Origin: an uncultured Gemmatimonadales bacterium
Lineage (GTDB): Bacteria; Gemmatimonadota; Gemmatimonadetes; Gemmatimonadales; Gemmatimonadaceae
DNA: 64,000 nucleotides
Direction of reading: 5' to 3'
NCBI GenBank assembly: GCA_963701965.1
Contig: OY969695.1
Span: 3,456,001 to 3,520,000 of the forward strand
In this document: positions 8,855 to 17,126 of the stretch, piece by piece
How the letters are laid out: each line of letters begins with the position of its first letter
How positions within the stretch are numbered: the stretch's first letter is position 1
Position numbers and translations under genes: made by a program
Notes under the pieces: model-generated
Database searches by the model: none
Seen by the model: only the letters and a program-made list of their open reading frames with translations
Told to the model about the DNA's origin: nothing

Positions 8855-10011
8855 ACGCGGTGCGCGCGCTTCCCTACGCCCGGCAGACCATCGGCCCCGA
8901 GGATATCGCCGCGGTCGTCGAGGCGCTTGGGGCTCCGCTCGTCACCCAAGGCCCGCTCGTCGAAGCCTTTGAAGCGCGGTTCGCCGGGATCGTCGGCGCA
9001 CGGCACGCCATCGCGTTCAACAGCGGCACCGCCGCGCTGCATGGGGCCTATGCCGCCGCCGGCGTGGGACGTGGGCACAAGATCATCACGTCCCCGATCA
9101 CCTTCGCCGCGACCGCGAACGCGGCGCGGTATCTCGGGGCCGAGGTCGATTTCGTCGACGTCGACACCGGCACCGCCCTCATCGATCCGGACTCCGTCGC
9201 CGCGGCTCCGGGGCACGGCGTCTATGCCCTCGTGCCCGTCCATTTTGGCGGACAGGTCGCCGACATGGTCGCGCTTTCGACCATCGCGGGGCGCGAGGGT
9301 TGGGTGGTCATCGAGGACGCGGCCCACGCGCTGGGCGCCTCCTATCGCACGCCCGAAGGCCGGGAGTACCAGGTGGGCGCCTGCGCCCACTCGGCCATGT
9401 GCTGTTTCAGCCTCCACGCCGTGAAGCACGTCACGACGGGCGAAGGCGGTATGGTCACCACGAATGACGCCGAGCTCGCGCGCGTCATGCGCCTCTTCCG
9501 GACGCACGGGATCACGCGGGACCGATCCGACATGCTGCACGACGAAGGCCCGTGGTACTACGAGCAGCACGATCTCGGCTACAACTACCGGCTGACGGAG
9601 TTTCAGAGCGCGCTGGGCATGAGCCAACTGGGCCGGCTGCCCGCCTTCGTCGCCCAACGCCGCGCGATCGCCGCGCAGTACAATGCCGCCTTCGCGGCCG
9701 TCCCTTGCGTGCGCCCTCTCGCGGTGCCCTCGTGGTCCGACGGTTCCTACCACCTGTACGTGATTCGGGTGCCGGCGCCGGCCCGTCGCGCGGTGTTTGA
9801 TGGCCTCCGCGCCGCCGGGATCATGGCCAACGTGCACTACGTGCCGGTCTACCACCACCCGTACTATCAACGCACCGGGTTCGCCGGCTTTGCGCTGGGG
9901 GGCGCCGAGATGTACTACGGGCAAGCCATCTCGCTGCCAATGTATCCGGGGCTGACCAGCGAAGACGTCGCGCGGGTCGTCGATTGCGTCATCGCGCAGG
10001 CCACGGCGTGA
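8851..10011 (+). CDS. pseC: PLP-dependent UDP-4-keto-sugar aminotransferase
   Basis: LPYARQTI, NSGTAALH, IEDAAHALGA, FSLHAVKHVTTGEGG, WYYEQHDLGYNYR. Confidence 0.88.
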   Translation: MNAVRALPYARQTIGPEDIAAVVEALGAPLVTQGPLVEAFEARFAGIVGARHAIAFNSGTAALHGAYAAAGVGRGHKIITSPITFAATANAARYLGAEVDFVDVDTGTALIDPDSVAAAPGHGVYALVPVHFGGQVADMVALSTIAGREGWVVIEDAAHALGASYRTPEGREYQVGACAHSAMCCFSLHAVKHVTTGEGGMVTTNDAELARVMRLFRTHGITRDRSDMLHDEGPWYYEQHDLGYNYRLTEFQSALGMSQLGRLPAFVAQRRAIAAQYNAAFAAVPCVRPLAVPSWSDGSYHLYVIRVPAPARRAVFDGLRAAGIMANVHYVPVYHHPYYQRTGFAGFALGGAEMYYGQAISLPMYPGLTSEDVARVVDCVIAQATA

Positions 10012-10862
10012 CCACGTTCATCGCCGAGGTGTCGAGCAACCACCACGCCGACCTTTCGCGCGCGCTGGCGTTCGTCGACGCCTCGGCGGCCATCGGGTGC
10101 GATGCCGTCAAGTTTCAACTCTTTCGCGTGCGCGAGCTGTTCGCGCCCGAGATCCTGGCGCGGAGCGCGCGCCATCGCGCGCGCGAGGCGTGGGAGTTGC
10201 CGCCGGCGTTCCTGGCGCCTTTGGCCGAGCGATGCGCCGAACGGGGCGTGGCCTTCGGCTGCACGCCGTTCTATCTGCGCGCGGTGGACGAGTTGGCGCC
10301 GTACGTGGCGTTCTACAAGATCGCCTCGTACGAGCTGCTGTGGACCGAGCTCCTCATCGCCTGCGCCCGGACCGGCAAGCCGGTCATCCTGTCGACCGGC
10401 ATGGCCACGCTGGCCGAGGTCGGCGAGGCGGTCGCCACGTTGCGGGGCGCAGGATGCCGCGATCTCACCCTCTTGCACTGCGTATCGGGTTACCCCACGC
10501 CGGTCGCCGAATGCAATCTCTCGGCGATCGCCGAACTGCGCGATGCGTTCGGGTCTCCCGTGGGATGGTCGGACCACAGCGTGTCGCCCGGCGTCGTGCA
10601 ACGCGCCATCCACCGGTGGGGCGCGACCGCGATCGAATTTCACCTCGATCTCGATGGCCAGGGCGACGAGTTTCGGACGGGGCATTGTTGGCTGCCCGGG
10701 CAAATGGCGCCCGTCATCGGGGCGGTCCGCGACGGGCTGCGTGCCGACGGCGACGGCCGCAAGGCGCCGGTGCCGAGCGAGCTGCCGGATCGCGCCTGGC
10801 GCGCCGATCCCAGCGACGGCCTGCGCCCCCTGCGCGCCACCCGGGAGACGTTCGTCGGGTGA
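10008..10862 (+). CDS. pseI: Nonulosonic acid synthase (PseI/NeuB family; 284 aa, appears to lack the C-terminal SAF/AFP-like domain)
   Basis: FIAEVSSNH, DAVKFQ, KIASYE, LSTGMA, LLHCVSGYP, GWSDHS, IEFH. Confidence 0.8.
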   Translation: MTTFIAEVSSNHHADLSRALAFVDASAAIGCDAVKFQLFRVRELFAPEILARSARHRAREAWELPPAFLAPLAERCAERGVAFGCTPFYLRAVDELAPYVAFYKIASYELLWTELLIACARTGKPVILSTGMATLAEVGEAVATLRGAGCRDLTLLHCVSGYPTPVAECNLSAIAELRDAFGSPVGWSDHSVSPGVVQRAIHRWGATAIEFHLDLDGQGDEFRTGHCWLPGQMAPVIGAVRDGLRADGDGRKAPVPSELPDRAWRADPSDGLRPLRATRETFVG

Positions 10863-11827
10863 TGCGCATCCGGTTTCTGGTCACGGGCGGTGCCGGGTGG
10901 GGACTCGGCCACGTCATGCGCACCGCGGTGCTGGCCGGCGAGGCCCGGGAGCGGGGCTACGACGTCCGCGTCGCGCTGCGCGGCGACGCTGCCGCTCGCA
11001 CTGCGCTGTCTGTCGAACTGCCCGACACGACTCCCTGCTGCTGGCCCACAGGCGACGACGTGAGCGCCAACGAGCATCTGGTGATCGACTCTCCGGAGTC
11101 CATTGGGGATGTGATCGCCGCCGCGCGCGACGCGGGGGCGCGGACCGTGGTTATCGATCGCCTCGATCATCTGGACGATGCCGATGCGACGGTGCTTCCC
11201 ATCGTCCACGGCCCGGCGTTACCCCATCCCCGTCTTTTTCAGGGGCCCGCCTACGTCCTCACCGCGCCCATCGTGCGGGCCCACGCCGGCGCGCCCTATC
11301 CGGGCGACCGCCGGGTCGCGCTGATCACGTTCGGCGGCGCCGACCCGGCCGGCCTCACGCTGCCGGTGACCCGCGTGCTGCTCGACACCGGTGTCGACTT
11401 CGAAACGCACGTGGTGATCGGCCCGGCGTTCGCCGAGGCCGACGCGCTGGCCAAACGGCTCACGGCGTTGGGGGCTCGTGTCCATCGCGGCCTCACCCGC
11501 GCCGACGTCGTCGGGCTCATGGTCCGGTCGCGCTTCGCGCTGACCGGGTTTGGCACGAGCTTGTACGATCTCGCCGTCATCGGGACACCGGCCGTCTACT
11601 GGACGCATCGGGCGTCTGATCTCGCCGACGCCGGGCGTCTCGAGACGCGCGGTCTCGGCGCCTGCGCCGGAAGCGGCGATGCCTTTGACGACACGCGCGC
11701 CCGCTCGGCGATCGCACGCACGGTGCTGGACGCTGCGTGGCGCGAGCGGGCCAGTGCCAGCGCGCGGCAACTGGTCGGCGCCGGGGACGGCGCCCGCAAC
11801 GTGCTCGATCTGGTCGCGCGGCTATGA
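10862..11827 (+). CDS. pseG: PseG/SpsG-like UDP-sugar hydrolase
   Basis: GWGLGHVMR, LITFGGADP and GTSLYDL motifs. Confidence 0.65.
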   Translation: MRIRFLVTGGAGWGLGHVMRTAVLAGEARERGYDVRVALRGDAAARTALSVELPDTTPCCWPTGDDVSANEHLVIDSPESIGDVIAAARDAGARTVVIDRLDHLDDADATVLPIVHGPALPHPRLFQGPAYVLTAPIVRAHAGAPYPGDRRVALITFGGADPAGLTLPVTRVLLDTGVDFETHVVIGPAFAEADALAKRLTALGARVHRGLTRADVVGLMVRSRFALTGFGTSLYDLAVIGTPAVYWTHRASDLADAGRLETRGLGACAGSGDAFDDTRARSAIARTVLDAAWRERASASARQLVGAGDGARNVLDLVARL

Positions 11828-12552
11828 ACGCTGGCGCTATCGTCCAGGCGCGCTTGGGCAGCACCCGCCTCCCGGGGAAAGTCCTGGCTGATCTCGGCGG
11901 CCGCCCGATCCTGGGCCGCGTGGTCGATCGGCTGCGGCTGGCGCGCGCGTTCGCCTTCGTCGGCGTGGCCACGACGACCGACGCCGGCGACGACGCCGTC
12001 GCGGCCTGGTGCGCACAGGAAAACGTGCCCTGCTTTCGGGGCCCCGTGGACGACGTGCTGCACCGATACGTCGCCGCGGCCCAGGCCTGGCGCATCGACC
12101 CGATCGTTCGCATCACGGCCGATTGTCCGTTCGTGTGCCCGCTCGCGATCGACACGTTGGTCCCGGCGCTGGTGGCCGCGAACGCCGACTATGCCGGGTA
12201 CGACGGCCCGCGGTTGGGCGAAGGCATCGATCCCTTTTCCTTGCGCGTGTTGGCGCACTTCGACGCGCTCCCGATCCCGGCGGACGAACGCGAGCACTTG
12301 GCGCTCCTGGTCCGCCGGCACCGCGAGTCGATCGCCTGCGTGTGGGTCCCGCCGGAACCGGGCCTGGAAGCCATTCCGGGCGCCCGCCTTTCGGTCGACG
12401 AGCCGGCCGACCTCGCGTTCGCGCGGGAACTGCAACGCGCCCTCCCGCGCGACTTCACGTCCTACGATCTCGCGACCCTGCTCGCCCGCCGGCCGGAGCT
12501 CGCGGACCACAATCGGCACGTGGTGCGCACCGTCCCGTCGGGGGTCCGATGA
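11824..12552 (+). CDS. pseF: SpsF/PseF-type cytidylyltransferase
   Basis: IVQARLGSTRLPGKVL, DDVLHRY, RITADCP, REH, RLSVDEPAD. Confidence 0.75.
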   Translation: MNAGAIVQARLGSTRLPGKVLADLGGRPILGRVVDRLRLARAFAFVGVATTTDAGDDAVAAWCAQENVPCFRGPVDDVLHRYVAAAQAWRIDPIVRITADCPFVCPLAIDTLVPALVAANADYAGYDGPRLGEGIDPFSLRVLAHFDALPIPADEREHLALLVRRHRESIACVWVPPEPGLEAIPGARLSVDEPADLAFARELQRALPRDFTSYDLATLLARRPELADHNRHVVRTVPSGVR

Positions 12553-13442
12553 CACACCACGGCGCGCTGCGCGACGCGGTGCAGGGGTTCGACGTCATCG
12601 ACTGCACGGAGTGCGGATTCGCGCACGTCATGCCCTTGCCGTCGCCGGCCGATCTCGCACCGGTGTACACCCATGAGTACTACGCGCGGGAAAAGCCCGA
12701 CTATCTGAGCGTCGTTCGGAAGGACCTGTCCTGGTACGAGATCGGCTACCGCGAGCGCTTCGACACGTTCGAGCAGTTCCTGCCCCCCGATCGCCGCCGC
12801 GTGCTGGATGTCGGGTGCGGCCCCGGGTTTTTTCTGGCGCACGGCGCCGGGCGCGGATGGCGCGCCATGGGCGTCGAGCCGTCGACCCAGGCGGCGGCCC
12901 ACGCCCGGAGCTTGGGCGTCGACATCGTGGAGGAGTTCTTCGACGCCCCCCTCGCCCGGCGGCTGGGGCCCGTCGACGTCGTGCAGATGACCAACGTGCT
13001 CGAACACGTGCCCGATCCGCTGGCCTTCATTGGGGCGGCGCGCGATGCCTTGCAGCCGGGCGGCCTGCTCTCGATCTGCGTCCCCAACGACTACAACCCG
13101 TTTCAGGACGCGTTGCGCAACGGCTGTGGCTTTGCGCCCTGGTGGGTCGCCCCACCACACCATCTCAACCACTTCACGTTCGACTCGCTGGCGACGGTCC
13201 TCGAGCGGACGGGGTTCGACATCGCCGAGCGGAACGCCTCGTTTCCCATCGATCTGTTCCTGCTCATGGGAGACAACTACGTCGGCGATCCGGTGCTCGG
13301 GCGCGCCTGTCACGAGAAGCGCATGCGGTTCGAGCAGACAATGGCGGGTACGGGTCACGAACATCTGCGCCGCCAGTTCTATCGCTCGCTCGCCGCGCTC
13401 GGCCTCGGGCGCGAGATCATCATGATCGCGAGGATGCAATGA
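12549..13442 (+). CDS. Class I SAM-dependent methyltransferase
   Basis: N-terminal CxxCG, VLDVGCGPGFF, GVEPS, NVLEHVPDP, VPND. Confidence 0.85.
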   Translation: MTHHGALRDAVQGFDVIDCTECGFAHVMPLPSPADLAPVYTHEYYAREKPDYLSVVRKDLSWYEIGYRERFDTFEQFLPPDRRRVLDVGCGPGFFLAHGAGRGWRAMGVEPSTQAAAHARSLGVDIVEEFFDAPLARRLGPVDVVQMTNVLEHVPDPLAFIGAARDALQPGGLLSICVPNDYNPFQDALRNGCGFAPWWVAPPHHLNHFTFDSLATVLERTGFDIAERNASFPIDLFLLMGDNYVGDPVLGRACHEKRMRFEQTMAGTGHEHLRRQFYRSLAALGLGREIIMIARMQ

Positions 13443-13454
13443 TCGCGAGGATGC
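13422..13454 (+). repeat. 17-bp-period tandem duplication at the methyltransferase/SDR junction
   Basis: ATGATCGCGAGGATGC-A-ATGATCGCGAGGATGC. Confidence 0.9.
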
Positions 13455-13458
13455 GCTG

Positions 13459-14193
13459 ATGCCGGTCGCGCTCGTCACCGGTGCAAGCCGCGGGATCGGT
13501 CGCGCCATCGCGCTGGCCCTCGGCGAGGCCGGCATGGACGTCGTGCTGACGTACGCCACGGGGCGCGAAGCGGCCGAGGCGACCGCTCGCGCGCTTCGCG
13601 CGCGCGGTCGTTCCGCCACGGTGGTCGCGTTGGACGTGGCCCGGCGGGAAAGCATCAAAGACGCAGTTGGGACGACGAAAAAAGCCCATGGGAGAATCGA
13701 CGTTCTGGTCAACAACGCCGGGATCCTGCGGCAGAAGCCGTTCGCCGAGATCAGCGACGCCGAGTTCGACGACACGATCGGCGTCAACCTGCGCGGCCCG
13801 TTCGCGCTGGCGCAGGAAGTGTTGCCCCTCATGCGCGAGCAGGGCGGGGGCGCGATCGTGAACATCGCGTCGGTCGGCGGCCAATTGGGCGGTCCCTTGG
13901 CGGTGCACTACTCGGCGAGCAAGGCAGGGGTGATCGCGCTCACGCGGTCCCTGGCCCGGCTCGGCGCCCCGACCGTGCGGGTCAATTGCGTGGCCCCGGG
14001 CCTCATCGCGACGGACATGACGCGTGACGAGCTCGCGTCTCCAGGTGTCGGAGAGAAGATGCGACAGATCCTGCTGGGCCGCGCGGGCACGCCCGAGGAG
14101 GTCGCGGGCGCGGTGGCGTTCCTCGCTTCTCCCGCCGCGGCGTACGTAACGGGACAGGTCCTCAACGTGAACGGCGGACTCTATCTTGGCTGA
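13459..14193 (+). CDS. Short-chain dehydrogenase/reductase (FabG-like)
   Basis: TGASRGIG, NNAG, YSASK, VAPG, GQVLNVNGG. Confidence 0.9.
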   Translation: MPVALVTGASRGIGRAIALALGEAGMDVVLTYATGREAAEATARALRARGRSATVVALDVARRESIKDAVGTTKKAHGRIDVLVNNAGILRQKPFAEISDAEFDDTIGVNLRGPFALAQEVLPLMREQGGGAIVNIASVGGQLGGPLAVHYSASKAGVIALTRSLARLGAPTVRVNCVAPGLIATDMTRDELASPGVGEKMRQILLGRAGTPEEVAGAVAFLASPAAAYVTGQVLNVNGGLYLG

Positions 14194-15898
14194 CACGGTA
14201 ACGATCCAAGGAGCCGGTGTCATCGCGGACGCTTTCGTCCGCCATGGCATCGCGGAGGTTTTCGTCTATCCCGGCGGCACCATCGGCCCAATCCTCGATC
14301 TCATGGAGGGTTTGGGGATCTCGGTCTTTTGCTCGCGCCACGAGCAGGGCGCGGGCTACGCCGCCCTGGCCGTGGCCCGACTGTCGGGACGGCCGCAGGT
14401 CGTGATGGTCACCTCCGGCCCGGGCGTGACGAATCTGGTGACACCGATCGCCGACGCCTATTTCGACTCCGTGCCGCTGGTCATCCTCACGGGACAGGTC
14501 GGCACCACGGACATGCGCGGCAGGCTCCCGGTCCGGCAACGCGGATTTCAGGAAGTCGACACCGTCGCGCTGCTCAAGCCGATCACGAAGGCGCAATTTC
14601 TCCCGCTGACGCCGGACGACGTCCCGGGCGCGATCGAGCGCGCGTTCGCGATCGCCGCCGACGGCCGTCCGGGCCCCGTCGTCGTCGATCTCCCAATGAA
14701 CGTGCAGCGCGGTGACTTGTCGGCCGCGCCGCTCAGCATCGTGCCCCAACTCCCGCTCACGCCCGAACCATCCGCCGTGTCGATGGCCCAAGCCGCGGCC
14801 TGGCTCTCGTGCGCCGAGCGGCCGCTCATCGTCGCCGGGCACGGGGTGCTGTTGGCGAATGCCCACGCGGCGCTGCGGCGGATCGCCGACGGTGGCCGCA
14901 TTCCCGTCACCCAGAGCCTTCTCGGTCTGGGCGCCTTCCCGACCGATCATCCCCTGGCGCTGGGCTTTCACGGCCACACGGGCAACCAGGTCGCCGGTCT
15001 GGCCATTCAGCACGCCGACGTCGTGCTCGTCGTGGGCTCTCGCCTCGACGTCCGGCAGACAGGCACGCGCCCCGATGCCTTCGCGCCGGCCGCCCGCATC
15101 ATCCGCATCGATCTCGACGAGGCCGAGCTGACCCACTCGCGCGTTGCCGCGCATTTGACGGTCCGCGCCAATGCCCACGCCGCCCTGTCGACCCTGGCCG
15201 ATCTCATCGCCCCCCGCGACTACGCCGTGCAGCGGCGCCCCTGGTTGACGCAGATCGCCGAATGGCGGCGCGAACACCGGCTGACGTATGTGACCGGCGG
15301 CCCGCTCAAGCCGCAGCGCGTGATCGAGACGCTCGACCAGTTGACCGCGGGCGAGCCCGTGATCTGCGTCTCGGGCGTGGGGTCGCATCAACAATGGACG
15401 GCCCGGCATTTCACGTTCGATTATCCCACGCGCATCTGGCTCACCTCCGGCGGCCATGGCGCCATGGGCTTTGATCTCCCCGCGGCGATCGGCGCCCAGC
15501 GCCACGCGCCGTCATCGCTCGTGGTGTGCTGCGTGGGCGACGGCTCGTTCCAGATGAACCTGCAGGAGCTGGCGACGCTCGTCGCTTACGAGCTGCCGGT
15601 CAAGGTCATCGTGCTCGATAACCACCGCCTCGGCATCGTCTCCCAGTTCCAGAAGCTCAACTGGCAGCGCGATCCGGCCTGCGGCGACAAGTGGAATCCC
15701 GACTTCGCGGCTATTGCCCGGGGATACGGGCTCATGGCCCACACCGTCGAGCACAGCGCCGACCTCGAGGCCGGTCTGCGCCGGGTCCTCGCGGTGCGCG
15801 GTCCCGCTCTGCTCCATTGTCTCGTCGATCCCAACGAAGATGTGAGTCCCATGCTCCTCGGCGGGCAGACGCTCGACCAGATGTGGACCCGTGCGTAA
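14186..15898 (+). CDS. ThDP-dependent acetolactate synthase-like enzyme
   Basis: YPGG, RHEQGA, TSGPGVTN, FQE, GAMGF and GDGSFQMN...DN ThDP motif. Confidence 0.88.
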   Translation: MADTVTIQGAGVIADAFVRHGIAEVFVYPGGTIGPILDLMEGLGISVFCSRHEQGAGYAALAVARLSGRPQVVMVTSGPGVTNLVTPIADAYFDSVPLVILTGQVGTTDMRGRLPVRQRGFQEVDTVALLKPITKAQFLPLTPDDVPGAIERAFAIAADGRPGPVVVDLPMNVQRGDLSAAPLSIVPQLPLTPEPSAVSMAQAAAWLSCAERPLIVAGHGVLLANAHAALRRIADGGRIPVTQSLLGLGAFPTDHPLALGFHGHTGNQVAGLAIQHADVVLVVGSRLDVRQTGTRPDAFAPAARIIRIDLDEAELTHSRVAAHLTVRANAHAALSTLADLIAPRDYAVQRRPWLTQIAEWRREHRLTYVTGGPLKPQRVIETLDQLTAGEPVICVSGVGSHQQWTARHFTFDYPTRIWLTSGGHGAMGFDLPAAIGAQRHAPSSLVVCCVGDGSFQMNLQELATLVAYELPVKVIVLDNHRLGIVSQFQKLNWQRDPACGDKWNPDFAAIARGYGLMAHTVEHSADLEAGLRRVLAVRGPALLHCLVDPNEDVSPMLLGGQTLDQMWTRA

Positions 15899-17126
15899 GA
15901 CGGTCCTGATCGTGAGCGGCGGCGCCGAGGCCGTGCCCGGCATCCGCCGCGCGCGCGAGCTTGGGTTGCACGTGGTCGTCGCCGACCACGATCCCGCGGC
16001 ACCGGGCATGGCGCTGGCCGACGATCAACTGGTCATCAGCACGTATGACGCTCGAGGGATGGCGGAGGCGGCAGCGCGTTTCGCGCGCGCCGTACGGCGC
16101 ATCGACGGTGTGCTGTCCATCGCCGCCAATGTGCCGCTGACCGTCGCGACGGTCGCCGAGCGGCTGGGGCTCCCGGGGCCCTCGATCGAGACGGCAAGGC
16201 TGGCATCCGATAAGCTGGCTATGAAAGAGCGCTTTGCGTCCGCCGGGGTGCCCATTCCGTGGTACCAGGCAGTCGAGAGCGCGACGGCGCTCGCGGCAAT
16301 CGCGCGTCAGCGAGGGTTGCCATTGGTGATCAAGCCGGTCGACAGCCGGGGAGCGCGCGGCGTGCTGCGGTTGACGCCAGCGGTCGACTTGGGCTGGGCT
16401 TTCGATCATTCCCGGTCGGCATCGCCGACGGGCCGGGTGATGGTCGAGGAATACCTGCCAGGTCCGCAGTACAGCACGGAGTCCGTGCTCCTCGCGTCGG
16501 GCGCCTGGATGCCCGGACTGGCCGAACGCAACTACGAGCGCCTCGAGCGCTTCGCGCCGTTCATCATCGAAGACGGCGGTCAACAGCCACCGGATCTGTC
16601 GCCGGTCGACCGGCAGGCGCTCGCCGATCTTACCGAGGCCGCGGGGCGGGCCCTGGGCGTGACGCAGGGCATCGTCAAAGGCGATCTCGTCATCACACCG
16701 GATGGCCCGCGCGTCATCGAAGTCGCCGTCCGACTCTCGGGCGGATGGTTCTCCACGGATCAGGTCCCGCTGGCCACGGGCGTCGATCTCGTCGGGGCCG
16801 CGATCAAAATGGCCGTGGGCGAGCCGCTCGATCCCGCGACGCTCGTGCCCCAACGCCGCCAGGGCGTGGCGATCCGCTACTTCTTTCCGCGGGCGGGACG
16901 GGTCGAGTCGATCGAGGATGAGGGCCGCTTCCGGAACGTGCCGGGGATCAACCGGATCGGGTTCTTCGTCCGCGCCGGCGACCGGATCGGGACGCCGACC
17001 AACCACACGCAGCGCGCCGGATTCGTCATCGCCACGGGCGCCACGTGCGCCGAGGCGGTCGGCCGCGCCGAATCGGTGGCCCGCGACATTCGCATCGCGA
17101 CGGTCGAGACCGGAGCCGACGCGTGA
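15891..17126 (+). CDS. ATP-grasp ligase (L-amino acid ligase-like)
   Basis: DKLAMKE, VIKPVDSRGARGV, VEEYLPGPQYSTE, IEVAVRLSGG. Confidence 0.82.
   Translation: MRKTVLIVSGGAEAVPGIRRARELGLHVVVADHDPAAPGMALADDQLVISTYDARGMAEAAARFARAVRRIDGVLSIAANVPLTVATVAERLGLPGPSIETARLASDKLAMKERFASAGVPIPWYQAVESATALAAIARQRGLPLVIKPVDSRGARGVLRLTPAVDLGWAFDHSRSASPTGRVMVEEYLPGPQYSTESVLLASGAWMPGLAERNYERLERFAPFIIEDGGQQPPDLSPVDRQALADLTEAAGRALGVTQGIVKGDLVITPDGPRVIEVAVRLSGGWFSTDQVPLATGVDLVGAAIKMAVGEPLDPATLVPQRRQGVAIRYFFPRAGRVESIEDEGRFRNVPGINRIGFFVRAGDRIGTPTNHTQRAGFVIATGATCAEAVGRAESVARDIRIATVETGADA

Noticed and set aside
14186..15898. Annotating the ThDP enzyme as housekeeping ilvB and the SDR as fabG
   Set aside because: No ilvN/ilvC or fatty-acid synthesis neighbours; both are embedded in a sugar-modification operon.
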